DNA of 64,000 nt, taken from positions 60,676-124,675 of the forward strand of contig JALWUQ010000054.1 of NCBI GenBank assembly GCA_026993075.1, written 5' to 3'. The translations under genes were made by a program, and so were the position numbers. Each line of letters opens with the position of its first letter. The first letter of the stretch is position 1. Positions 51,553 through 60,676 of this stretch are shown in pieces. This stretch comes from Campylobacteraceae bacterium. Lineage in GTDB: Bacteria > Campylobacterota > Campylobacteria > Campylobacterales > JALSKU01. Under the pieces are notes generated by a model. That model was given only the letters and a program-made list of their open reading frames with translations, made no database searches and was not told the DNA's origin.

Positions 51553-52149
51553 GTGAAAAGATTATTTCTGATTTTTGCTATTATGGTGTTATTAATATCT
51601 AATTCAAGTGCTATGCAAAATAATATTAGAAATGAAATGATTTTAAAGATAAATACAGCTTTAAAAATATTAAAAAATAAAAAAGAGAATAATTCAGTAA
51701 AAGCAAACAAGATATTTAAAATATTTGATAAAATGTTTGACTATAACCTAATGGCAAGATTATCTCTTGGCAGAAATCATTGGTTTGCTGCAAATAATAT
51801 TCAAAGGAAAAAATTTGTAAAAGAGTTTATATCTTTATTGAAAGAGTCTTTTATGGAAAAACTAAAGTTATATAATAATCAAAAAATGATAGTAAAAAAA
51901 TTTAACAAAAGTAGAAAAAATAGAGCAGAACTTATTACATATATAGTGGGAGAAAAAAATTCTATAAAAGTTGTATATAAATTTTATAAATCGCAAAAAA
52001 GAGCATGGGTTATTTATGATGTTATCATAGCAGGTGTCTCAATAGTGCAAAATTATAGAGAACAATTTAGTGATTTGCTAAATAATATGAGTTTCAAACA
52101 ATTTTTAAATAAAATTAATAAAATAAACGCAAATAACAACAATGCTTAG
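51553..52149 (+). CDS. mlaC: MlaC/Ttg2D-family periplasmic lipid-binding protein
   Basis: 198 aa with a signal peptide. FDYNLMARLSLGRNHW and VIYDVIIAGVS resemble MlaC. GTG start. Confidence 0.7.
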   Translation: MKRLFLIFAIMVLLISNSSAMQNNIRNEMILKINTALKILKNKKENNSVKANKIFKIFDKMFDYNLMARLSLGRNHWFAANNIQRKKFVKEFISLLKESFMEKLKLYNNQKMIVKKFNKSRKNRAELITYIVGEKNSIKVVYKFYKSQKRAWVIYDVIIAGVSIVQNYREQFSDLLNNMSFKQFLNKINKINANNNNA

Positions 52150-54514
52150 AAGTTTTTTTAAAAACTTTATATTAAAATATCCAAAATATATACTTATTGC
52201 CTTAATACCGCTATTTGCTTACCTTGGATATCTTTCTACCCACCTTAAAATAGATGCAACATCTAAAAGTCTTCTTATGGACAACGATCCCAATCTTGCA
52301 TTCTTAAATAAAATTGATAAAGATTTCTATAATCCAGACATTCTTCTTGTAACATTTGCACCAAAAAAACCTCTATTATCAAAAGATAGTTTGCATACTA
52401 TAAAAGAATTAAGCAATGATTTACTAAAAATCCCCAATGTATCATCTATAACATCAATACTAAATGCACCATTGCTTGAAAATAAAAATATACCTATCAC
52501 AGATCTTGTAGGAAACTTACCAACATTACAAAGCAAAGATGTAAACTTAACTTTGGCAAAAAAAGAGTTTTTAACCAGTCCTTTATACAAAAATGCTCTA
52601 GTAAGCTCAGATTTTAGCACTACCGCACTTATAGTGCATTTAAAACCAGATAATCTTTCAAATCCAGCTTTACTTACAAGACATGAATATCTATCAATAA
52701 TGAGAACAGATTTGGCCAAATATCAAGATAAAGGCAAATTGTTTTTAGGTGGGGTTGATATGATAGCTGATGATATGATAGGCTTTGTAAAAAGTGATAT
52801 ATTTTTATACGGATCAACTTTGTCATTATTGCTTATAATTATACTTTGGATTATATTTAGAGAGATTAAATGGGTATTTATTCCCATGCTAATATCTGTA
52901 TTATCTATCATATCAACAGCTGGAATAATTGTATTATTTGGCTGGGATATAACAGTTATATCTTCAAACTTTGTATCTTTACAGCTTATTATAACACTTT
53001 CTATCATACTGCATCTTATAGTAAGATATAGAGAATTAGAAAAGCTTAAACCAGATTTTACACAAAAAGAGTTAATTTTAGAAACATTGACATCAAAAGC
53101 CAAACCATCATTTTATGCTATTGCGACAACTGTTGTCGGTTTTGCATCTTTAACACTCTCCGGAATAAAACCTGTTATTTATCTTGGCTTAATGATGAGT
53201 ATTGGTATATCTGTTTCCCTTGTAGTATCATTTATAATGTTTGCTTCAATTATGATGCTTTTTAAAAGAAAAAAAGTTACCACAATTAAGGAAAAACAAA
53301 ATAAAAGTGGCTTCTTTTTAATAAATCATGTAATTACAATAGTTGAAAAAAGACAAAAAGCAGTCTATCTTGTAACTTTTATAATTATTATCTTTAGTTT
53401 AACCGGAATACCAAAACTTATAGTTGAAAATAGCTTCATAAACTACTTCAAATCATCTACAGAAATTTACAAAAGCTTAAAAACTATTGATCAAGAACTA
53501 GGAGGCACAACACCTCTTGATGTTATAATTACTATGAAAAGCAATAAGAAGAAAAATAAACCTGTATTGAATTCTAAGGCAAATGATGGCTTTGACGGTT
53601 TTGAAAGTGAATATGCTACAAATGCCAATGATCCTAAATATTGGTTTACTCCAACAAAGTTAAATCTTATAAGAAAAGTACATAATTATCTCCTTAGCGT
53701 CCCACATATAGGCAATGTACAATCACTAGCAACAATTTTAAAATTAGGTAAATCCATTCAACATGGAAAAAATTTAAATAGTTTTGAATTAGCAATTATG
53801 TATAAAAAATTACCGGATAGATTTAAAAAGATTTTATTGAAGCCTTATGTTAATATAAAAAAGAATGAATTAAGAATTGCAATGAGAGTGAAAGATTCAG
53901 ATAAAAAATTAAGAAGAAACAAACTGTTAAAAAAAATTAGAAAAGAATTAAAGAAAATAATAAATCCAAAAATTGCCAGTTTTAAACTCGGGAATATGAT
54001 GGTATTATATAATAATATGCTGCAATCACTTTTTAGATCACAAATTCTAACATTAGGAGCTACGCTATTTGCACTTTTTGTCATGTTTGTCATACTTTTT
54101 AAATCTATAAAAATAGCTCTTATCGCATTATTTTCAAATATTATACCAATAGGGGTTGTATTTGGAATCATGGGATGGTTTGAAATACCACTTGATATGA
54201 TGACTATTACCATTGCTGCTATAAGCATAGGTATAGGTGTTGATGATACTATTCATTATATTCACAGATTTAAAGAGGAATTTGTTAAAGATAAAGATTA
54301 CATAAAAACAATGCGAAGATCTCACAGAAGTATCGGATATGCCATGTATTATACTTCGATAGCAATCATAATCGGATTTAGTATATTGATTACTTCAAAC
54401 TTTATACCTACTATATATTTTGGCTTGTTAACTGTTGTTGTAATGACTGTTGCACTGCTTTGTGCACTTATTTTACTACCAATTTTACTCATAAAATTCA
54501 AGCCTCTTAGATAG
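52142..54514 (+). CDS. RND-superfamily (MMPL/HpnN-like) transporter
   Basis: 790 aa with two 6-TM bundles, each preceded by a large periplasmic loop. GIGVDDTIHY is an SSD/MMPL-like motif. It overlaps mlaC by 8 nt. Confidence 0.8.
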   Translation: MLRSFFKNFILKYPKYILIALIPLFAYLGYLSTHLKIDATSKSLLMDNDPNLAFLNKIDKDFYNPDILLVTFAPKKPLLSKDSLHTIKELSNDLLKIPNVSSITSILNAPLLENKNIPITDLVGNLPTLQSKDVNLTLAKKEFLTSPLYKNALVSSDFSTTALIVHLKPDNLSNPALLTRHEYLSIMRTDLAKYQDKGKLFLGGVDMIADDMIGFVKSDIFLYGSTLSLLLIIILWIIFREIKWVFIPMLISVLSIISTAGIIVLFGWDITVISSNFVSLQLIITLSIILHLIVRYRELEKLKPDFTQKELILETLTSKAKPSFYAIATTVVGFASLTLSGIKPVIYLGLMMSIGISVSLVVSFIMFASIMMLFKRKKVTTIKEKQNKSGFFLINHVITIVEKRQKAVYLVTFIIIIFSLTGIPKLIVENSFINYFKSSTEIYKSLKTIDQELGGTTPLDVIITMKSNKKKNKPVLNSKANDGFDGFESEYATNANDPKYWFTPTKLNLIRKVHNYLLSVPHIGNVQSLATILKLGKSIQHGKNLNSFELAIMYKKLPDRFKKILLKPYVNIKKNELRIAMRVKDSDKKLRRNKLLKKIRKELKKIINPKIASFKLGNMMVLYNNMLQSLFRSQILTLGATLFALFVMFVILFKSIKIALIALFSNIIPIGVVFGIMGWFEIPLDMMTITIAAISIGIGVDDTIHYIHRFKEEFVKDKDYIKTMRRSHRSIGYAMYYTSIAIIIGFSILITSNFIPTIYFGLLTVVVMTVALLCALILLPILLIKFKPLR

Positions 54515-54678
54515 CATTATGAAATTTATTTAAAAAAAAGTAGAAAATATTATTTTTTTATGGTACAATGTTACCCAATGTTGTTTAATACTTTTAGTGT
54601 TTATAATTTTTTATACAAAAGATTATAAACAATATAATATTAATTGAACAATATAATTTTTCAAAGGAAAACAGACAC

Positions 54679-54954
54679 ATGCAGATTTATGTTGGGAACA
54701 TGTCTTACGGGACTACAGAAGAAGGGTTAAGAGAGTTATTTGGAGCTTATGGCGAAGTTGAAGCAGTAAAAATAATAACTGACAGAGAAACAGGAAGAGC
54801 AAAAGGATTTGGTTTCATCACAATGAATGATGATAGTGCGGCTAAAAGTGCTATGGAAGATTTAGATGGTAAAGAGTATGACGGAAGAACTCTTAGAGTA
54901 AACGAAGCAAAACCAAGAGAAGAAAGACCAAAAAACTTCAATAATAGATACTAA
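54679..54954 (+). CDS. RRM-type RNA-binding protein
   Basis: 91 aa. RNP2 is IYVGNM and RNP1 is KGFGFITM. Local GC is higher than the surroundings. Confidence 0.88.
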   Translation: MQIYVGNMSYGTTEEGLRELFGAYGEVEAVKIITDRETGRAKGFGFITMNDDSAAKSAMEDLDGKEYDGRTLRVNEAKPREERPKNFNNRY

Positions 54955-54968
54955 TAATCTAAAAATAT

Positions 54969-55004
54969 TAAGCTATTGCCAAAATTTGGTGATAGCTTAT
55001 TTTA
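54969..55004 (+). terminator. intrinsic terminator after the RRM gene
   Basis: TAAGCTAT-tgccaaaatttggtg-ATAGCTTA is followed by TTTTAT. The loop itself contains CCAAA/TTTGG. Confidence 0.7.
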
Positions 55005-55212
55005 TAAATATATACTATTTTTAAAATAAAACTCATTGATATAGGGTTATCAACTTTTAAATAACAGTGCATATAAAAGATTTGTCAAGTTTTAAGAATA
55101 TAATAAAAGCAATTATACTGGAGTGTAGTCAGAAAAAACTTGCTTAGGTCAACACAAGAGTATTATGCAAAGCATAAAGGCAGATAAACAGTCGTACAAT
55201 CCTTAATCGGTA

Positions 55213-56217
55213 TCAAACCATCAAAAATAATTTCATTTGGCAACCATCCATATTCTCACTATTACATTTTAAAAAATAATTATTTTTTTGTGCAAGATTT
55301 TTTGCTATAGCCAGCCCCAATCCAAAACCACTTTTAAGGCGATTTTTACTTTCATCAACTGTATAAAATGGTTGAAAAATTTTCTCACACTCTTGTGTCT
55401 GTATACCTGTTCCTGTATCTTGAACTATAAGGGAATTATTTTCTAAAGCAATTTTAATGCTGCCTTTATTTGTAAATTTAATACTGTTGTCAAGTAAATT
55501 GATTATAATCTTTTTTAAGTCTATTTTAGTAAATAAAATATAATCTTCCTGTTTCATTGCATTTATCAAAGTGATATCTGTATCAGGCTCCAATAGTACA
55601 AATATTTCTTTATCTATAAATTCTTTGAGCTGTATCTTCTCTTTTTTTACAATACTTTTCATAGACCCAATAAATAAAAGTACATCACTGAGTAGTTCAT
55701 TCATATAATGAGTCTCATATTTAATTTTTTCTAATACTGTTGATATGTTTTCATCGGATATCAATCCATCTTCTATAGCCTCAATATTTCCCTGTATAAT
55801 AGTTAAAGGCGTTCTAAAATCATGGGCAAATGAGTGAACCATCCATGTTAGTTCACTATTTTTCTCTTTGAGTTCATTTATGGAGCTGTCTATTTGTTTG
55901 CAAACAGTATTGAGCATTTTATGTATCTCAGTTATCTCATCTATATATTCATTTTTATCATAGAGAGTAAAATCTTCATTGGCTATTAAAATAAGTCTAT
56001 TTTGTATATCTGCAAATTTTTTTGAAAAATAACTTCCAATCATATAACTCAAAAAAGTAATTACAGGTAAAACAATACTAATAGTTATAACTATTTTTGA
56101 AAACATTTTTACACCAATAGGGACATCAATAATATAAAATGTCATAAAAGCCGTAAAAATCGATATGATAAGTCCTGCAATGATATAGGAAATCAGTAAT
56201 AGTTTTTTAATATTCAT
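55213..56217 (-). CDS. sensor histidine kinase
   Basis: 334 aa with two N-terminal TM. The H-box is HDFRTPLT, with NLLDNSIKF and GFGLGLAIA. Confidence 0.85.
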   Translation of the reverse strand: MNIKKLLLISYIIAGLIISIFTAFMTFYIIDVPIGVKMFSKIVITISIVLPVITFLSYMIGSYFSKKFADIQNRLILIANEDFTLYDKNEYIDEITEIHKMLNTVCKQIDSSINELKEKNSELTWMVHSFAHDFRTPLTIIQGNIEAIEDGLISDENISTVLEKIKYETHYMNELLSDVLLFIGSMKSIVKKEKIQLKEFIDKEIFVLLEPDTDITLINAMKQEDYILFTKIDLKKIIINLLDNSIKFTNKGSIKIALENNSLIVQDTGTGIQTQECEKIFQPFYTVDESKNRLKSGFGLGLAIAKNLAQKNNYFLKCNSENMDGCQMKLFLMV

Positions 56218-56890
56218 TTATTATGTACCCTTGGCCATGAACTGTTTTTATATATTCTGTTGAATCACATTTTTTTATTTTTTTCCGAATATGGGAGATA
56301 TGTGAATCAATACCTCTACTGTCTATTTCACCTAAATTATTCTCATAAATCAGATATGACAACTCCTCTCTTGAAAAAAGTTTTTTCGGATTGTTTACAA
56401 GTGTAAAGAAAAGTAAATATTCACTAGGCGTAAGACCAAGCTTAAAACCATTTATTTTAATCTCTTTTTTAGCATCATTCAATAAAAGGTTTTGTAGATT
56501 TATTGACTTTTGGGATGTTAGAGTATCTTCTCTTCTAAAATATGACTCTACCTTTGCAAGCAACTCTTTGGTACTAAAAGGTTTTGTAATATAATCATCT
56601 GCACCATAAGTATATCCCTTGAGTTTTGTTTCTTCTTCATCAAGCGCACTGACTAAAATAAGAAAAGTTTGAGGAGAATATTCTCTAAATCTTTTACAAA
56701 GAGTAAGTCCATCTACATGTGGGAGCATAATATCAATGGTTGCTAAGTCATATTTATTTATACTTAAAAGTGCAAGAGCCTCCCTGCCATCAGTTGCTAC
56801 ATCAACATTATACAAAGAAGTTTTAAATCTTTGTATAATTAGATCCGCTATAGCTTTTTCATCTTCGATGATAAGAAGTCTCTTTTTCAT
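56207..56890 (-). CDS. OmpR-family response regulator
   Basis: 227 aa. The receiver reads DLATIDIMLPHVDG and the winged helix reads VHGQGYII. Confidence 0.88.
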   Translation of the reverse strand: MKKRLLIIEDEKAIADLIIQRFKTSLYNVDVATDGREALALLSINKYDLATIDIMLPHVDGLTLCKRFREYSPQTFLILVSALDEEETKLKGYTYGADDYITKPFSTKELLAKVESYFRREDTLTSQKSINLQNLLLNDAKKEIKINGFKLGLTPSEYLLFFTLVNNPKKLFSREELSYLIYENNLGEIDSRGIDSHISHIRKKIKKCDSTEYIKTVHGQGYIINEY

Positions 56891-56897
56891 CTGCTAT

Positions 56898-57461
56898 TTA
56901 AAATGTTTTTTGAAAATGAGTAAATAGATAGTCATCATTTTTTACAATAGCATGACATGCAATACAGCCTTGTGTTCCTTTAGTCCAAGCTTTATAACCA
57001 TCTTTAGTTTTAATAAAACGCGCATAGCCCCAGTTATCGCCATTATGGTTGAATTTTTTACTATTTTTTACCATGTATTCAATTCTTTGAATTTTATCTG
57101 CTTCAAGTGCACCAGACCATGTTGGCATTTTTTTAACACTCCATCCAATTTTAACAACCTTACTTCCCTCAGGCATAATCTTCGCATAATGTGTAAGAGC
57201 GTTATATGCAACTGGATTTGCTAAGATATATCGTATCTCATTTTTATCAGTTCTGAAGTGAGTAGCAATAATTTTATAATTTTGATATCCCTCAATTTCT
57301 TTGAAAACCAATTTATTATTTGGCATTTTTAAATCTGGCACCTTAGAATTGTTTGTTAAATAAACATCAGATTGTGCAAATAAACCTGAAACTAAAACTG
57401 TTGATAGTAAAACTTTTGTTACTATTTTCATGATATTCTCCTCTTTTTTTAAGATAATCAT
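56898..57461 (-). CDS. periplasmic cytochrome P460-like mono-heme protein
   Basis: A single CxxCH (CIACH) lies near the C-terminus, in a ~165-aa beta-rich body behind a signal peptide. The probable start is MKIVTKVLL at 57431. Confidence 0.55.
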   Translation of the reverse strand: MIILKKEENIMKIVTKVLLSTVLVSGLFAQSDVYLTNNSKVPDLKMPNNKLVFKEIEGYQNYKIIATHFRTDKNEIRYILANPVAYNALTHYAKIMPEGSKVVKIGWSVKKMPTWSGALEADKIQRIEYMVKNSKKFNHNGDNWGYARFIKTKDGYKAWTKGTQGCIACHAIVKNDDYLFTHFQKTF

Positions 57462-57507
57462 ATTATAAAAGATAATTGTGGAGATTATCTAAAGATTACA
57501 TTAAATC

Positions 57508-57783
57508 TCATACTAATTTATATAAGATTTCTTTCTTGCAAACTTTTTCACACTCTTCTTTTAGTTTTGGAAGTCCTGTTTTGGAAGAAAGGCATGGTGT
57601 GCTAAATAAATAACCACTCCTCATGCCTTTAAATGTTTTAAGAAATATAAGTATCCAAAACACTACAAAATAGAATATATTTTCTCTACTTGATATAGCA
57701 GATTCTCTTGTATTTAAACGAGAGGATAACTCATCTTGAGTTATCCTGGAGTTTTCTCTTGCTTCTTTCAGTATTTGATATAT
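57508..57783 (-). CDS. small membrane-anchored XRE-type HTH protein (no canonical start; ATA start inferred)
   Basis: My own translation gives (ATA)YQILKEARENSRITQDELSSRLNTRESAISSREN, then the TM IFYFVVFWILIFL, then a Cys-containing tail. AAGGTGA lies 7 nt upstream of the ATA. It is absent from the ORF track because no ATG/GTG/TTG precedes the HTH. Confidence 0.4.
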   Translation of the reverse strand: MYQILKEARENSRITQDELSSRLNTRESAISSRENIFYFVVFWILIFLKTFKGMRSGYLFSTPCLSSKTGLPKLKEECEKVCKKEILYKLV

Positions 57784-57807
57784 TAAGCACTCACCTTCAA
57801 TACTTTA

Positions 57808-58362
57808 TCAACTATTCAAAGCTTCAAGAGCATATTTTTCACCTAATTCAAAAGCTTTTTTATTAAGCTCTATAAATTTAGGGGGAACTTTTTCAATCAT
57901 TGTATTATAAACAAAATCCCTATCCATAACTTTTGTCATAGCTATTGTAATTCCCAATGCAATAACTGATTGAGTTACAACATTGCCAACTTCTTCTTTG
58001 GCTATTGTAATAAGTGGTATTTCATAGATTTTCCATTTTTTTCTATCTTCATCAGTAGGATGAACAAGATTTGGCTCAACTACTATAATACCGCCTGGTT
58101 TAACTCCACTTTTGAAAGAGTCGTAACTAACTTGTGCAACTGACAGCATAAACTCTATCTCACCTTCATTTGCGTATGGGTACAATATCTCCTTGTTATC
58201 AAGCAAAATATCAACTTTTGTAGGTCCTCCTCTGACTTGAGAGGTATAAGTAGCAGCCTTTACACCATAACCACCATCTTTTATTTTAGCTGCAGCCAAA
58301 ATCTCTCCGGCAAGAAGAACACCTTGACCACCAACACCTGTAAATCTTAATTGATGTCTCAT
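57808..58362 (-). CDS. oorC: 2-oxoglutarate:ferredoxin oxidoreductase gamma subunit
   Basis: 184 aa. FTGVGGQGVLLAGEILA is present, and the gene order is oorDABC. Confidence 0.88.
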   Translation of the reverse strand: MRHQLRFTGVGGQGVLLAGEILAAAKIKDGGYGVKAATYTSQVRGGPTKVDILLDNKEILYPYANEGEIEFMLSVAQVSYDSFKSGVKPGGIIVVEPNLVHPTDEDRKKWKIYEIPLITIAKEEVGNVVTQSVIALGITIAMTKVMDRDFVYNTMIEKVPPKFIELNKKAFELGEKYALEALNS

Positions 58363-58371
58363 CTGTTCTCC

Positions 58372-59202
58372 TTATAATTTAACTTTAGAATTTGTTTGTG
58401 CAGCTTCAATAACTTTGTCATAAAGCTCACAATACTCTGGTTCATCTTCATTTTTCAAAATTCCTACTGGAAATTTACCTTTTTTTTCATCTTCACTTAA
58501 TGCATCAAATTTTCTTTTTGATAATGATATAGAATCAATCCAACTAAGATTTTGTGCAGCTTCACCCATTTTATTTTTTCTACCAAGATTTATATGACAA
58601 TTTGAAAAAATATCAAAGAAAGAATAACCTTTATGTTTAAAACCTTCAACAAATACTTTTTCAAGTTTTTTAGGATCAAGTACACTCTCTCTTGCTACAA
58701 AACTTGCTCCCGCACCATCAGCTAATTTACAAGCATCAAAAACAGGATCTATATTTCCGTATTGCATCGTAACTGTCCACATTCCTTGAGGAGTTGTAGG
58801 ACTTGTTTGAGAATTAGTCAAACCATAAATAAAGTTATTAATAACAACATGATTTAAATCTATATTTCTTCTGCAACCATGAATTGTATGGTTTCCACCT
58901 ATAGCCAAACCATCTCCATCACCCGTAACAACTATAACATGCTTATCAGGATTAGCGAGCTTGATTCCTGTTGCATAAGCAATAGCTCTACCATGGGTGG
59001 TATGGACGGTATTACAGTTTACATAAGAACTAAGTCTTCCGCTACATCCTATTCCTGAGACTATACATACATCATCCATATCCCAACCAAGTTTATCTAT
59101 AGCTCTTATGATGGATTTTAGTATCACACCATCACCACATCCCCAACACCAAAGTGTCGGCATTTTATCCGTTCTTAAATATTTATCATAATTAAAAGCC
59201 AT
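58372..59202 (-). CDS. oorB: 2-oxoglutarate:ferredoxin oxidoreductase beta subunit (TPP-binding)
   Basis: 276 aa. WCWGCGDG, and GDGDGLAIGGNH as the TPP motif, are present. Confidence 0.9.
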   Translation of the reverse strand: MAFNYDKYLRTDKMPTLWCWGCGDGVILKSIIRAIDKLGWDMDDVCIVSGIGCSGRLSSYVNCNTVHTTHGRAIAYATGIKLANPDKHVIVVTGDGDGLAIGGNHTIHGCRRNIDLNHVVINNFIYGLTNSQTSPTTPQGMWTVTMQYGNIDPVFDACKLADGAGASFVARESVLDPKKLEKVFVEGFKHKGYSFFDIFSNCHINLGRKNKMGEAAQNLSWIDSISLSKRKFDALSEDEKKGKFPVGILKNEDEPEYCELYDKVIEAAQTNSKVKL

Positions 59203-60332
59203 TAGAACATCTCCTTAACTTTTTCTACCATTTCACTTGGTGCGATAGGTCTTCCGTTTGCTTTATGAAGAGTTTTAAAATCATCTCTTTTTGTAACTCG
59301 TTGTATCTCTTCAAGGTATTGCCCCATATTAAGTTCAGTTATAAAAATTTTATCAAACTTTTCACCGATTTCTTTTAACTTCTCAGCGGGACTAGGCCAA
59401 ATAGTAATAGGTCTGAACAAACCGGCTTTTATACCATCTTTTCTTAATTTTTCAACTGCTTCTTTTGCACCTCTGCTGATACTTCCATAAGCTATAATAC
59501 ATACTTCGGCATCATCAAGTTTATATTCTTCATAAGATACGATATCTTCTCTGTTTTTATTGATTTTTCCCATCAGTCTTTCGATATTAAACTCACATTG
59601 TTCACCGTCTTCAGTAGGAAATCCGGTTGGTCCATGATGGAGTCCTGTTATATGATATCTGTAACCTTTAAAAAAAGGATTCAATACTGCAGGTTTATCC
59701 ATATCTTGACCATACGGTTTATAATCTTTTGGATCACCACTGAACTCTTCTCTTTTGACTATCTTCAACTCTTCAATATCAGGAATAGTTGCTTTTCCTT
59801 GCATATGACCCAAAGTCTCATCTAAAAGTAAAAATACCGGGGTCATATATTTCTCAGCCAGATTAAATGCTCTTACAGTTTCGCTATATGCTTCTTCCAA
59901 ACTTCCAGGACAAAGTGCAATAGATGCAAAATCACCATGACTAGGGTATTTTGCTTGACCTATATCAGCTTGCGAAACACGAGTAGGAAGACCAGTGCTA
60001 GGACCACCTCTCATAACATTTACTATAACCAAAGGAACTTCAGTTATAAATGAGAAACCGATTTGCTCTGATTTTAAGCTGATACCGGGGCCACTTGTAG
60101 CAGTCATAGACTTAACACCACTCATTGAAGCTCCAAGTGCAACTGAAATTCCACCTATCTCATCTTCCATTTGTATAAATTTACCACCAACCTTTGGCAA
60201 TAAAACACTACAATCATGGGCTATTTCACTTGAAGGAGTGAGGGGATAGCCACCAAAAAATCTACATCCACATTCAACAGCAGCTTGAGCTGCCAGTTTA
60301 TTTCCGGTTGAAATAACTTCTCTTGCCATCAA
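59202..60332 (-). CDS. oorA: 2-oxoglutarate:ferredoxin oxidoreductase alpha subunit
   Basis: 376 aa. FFGGYPLTPSSEI and MRGGPSTGLPT are present. Confidence 0.9.
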   Translation of the reverse strand: MMAREVISTGNKLAAQAAVECGCRFFGGYPLTPSSEIAHDCSVLLPKVGGKFIQMEDEIGGISVALGASMSGVKSMTATSGPGISLKSEQIGFSFITEVPLVIVNVMRGGPSTGLPTRVSQADIGQAKYPSHGDFASIALCPGSLEEAYSETVRAFNLAEKYMTPVFLLLDETLGHMQGKATIPDIEELKIVKREEFSGDPKDYKPYGQDMDKPAVLNPFFKGYRYHITGLHHGPTGFPTEDGEQCEFNIERLMGKINKNREDIVSYEEYKLDDAEVCIIAYGSISRGAKEAVEKLRKDGIKAGLFRPITIWPSPAEKLKEIGEKFDKIFITELNMGQYLEEIQRVTKRDDFKTLHKANGRPIAPSEMVEKVKEMF

Positions 60333-60338
60333 TACTCC

Positions 60339-60656
60339 TTAAGCACTTAATTTCATATAATGATTTTTCTTAATCTCTTCTGCCCGCTGCTTTGCTTCAG
60401 GAGTCAATTTTGCAAATTTAACTTCACTTCTTTCAGCAACATATATAGCAAAATCAGGACAATGAAGTTCGCAATCTCTACAACCTATACAAGCTTCAGG
60501 ATTTTCAACTGATATGGTTGAGCCTAAAATAGTTGTATCCGCAGGCACCATGGCCAATACTCCAGCCGGACACATTTCTACGCATATATCACAAGCTTTA
60601 CATTTATGAATATCAACCCAAACGGGTGTATTCTCCGGAGCTTTCATACTACTCAT
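60339..60656 (-). CDS. oorD: 2-oxoglutarate:ferredoxin oxidoreductase delta subunit (2x[4Fe-4S] ferredoxin)
   Basis: 105 aa. The cluster motifs are CKACDICVEMCP and CIGCRDCELHCP. Confidence 0.88.
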   Translation of the reverse strand: MSSMKAPENTPVWVDIHKCKACDICVEMCPAGVLAMVPADTTILGSTISVENPEACIGCRDCELHCPDFAIYVAERSEVKFAKLTPEAKQRAEEIKKNHYMKLSA

Positions 60657-60676
60657 ATTTTCTCCCTCTTTTTTAT

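Noticed and set aside
55006-55212. Possible sRNA or 33-codon ORF (MHCYLKVDNPISMSFILKIVYIYKISYHQILAIA) on the minus strand between the histidine kinase and the RRM gene. It would end at the shared hairpin.
   Set aside because: There is a -10-like TATAAT but no SD for the ORF and no conserved structure I can recognise. The evidence is too thin to call a feature.
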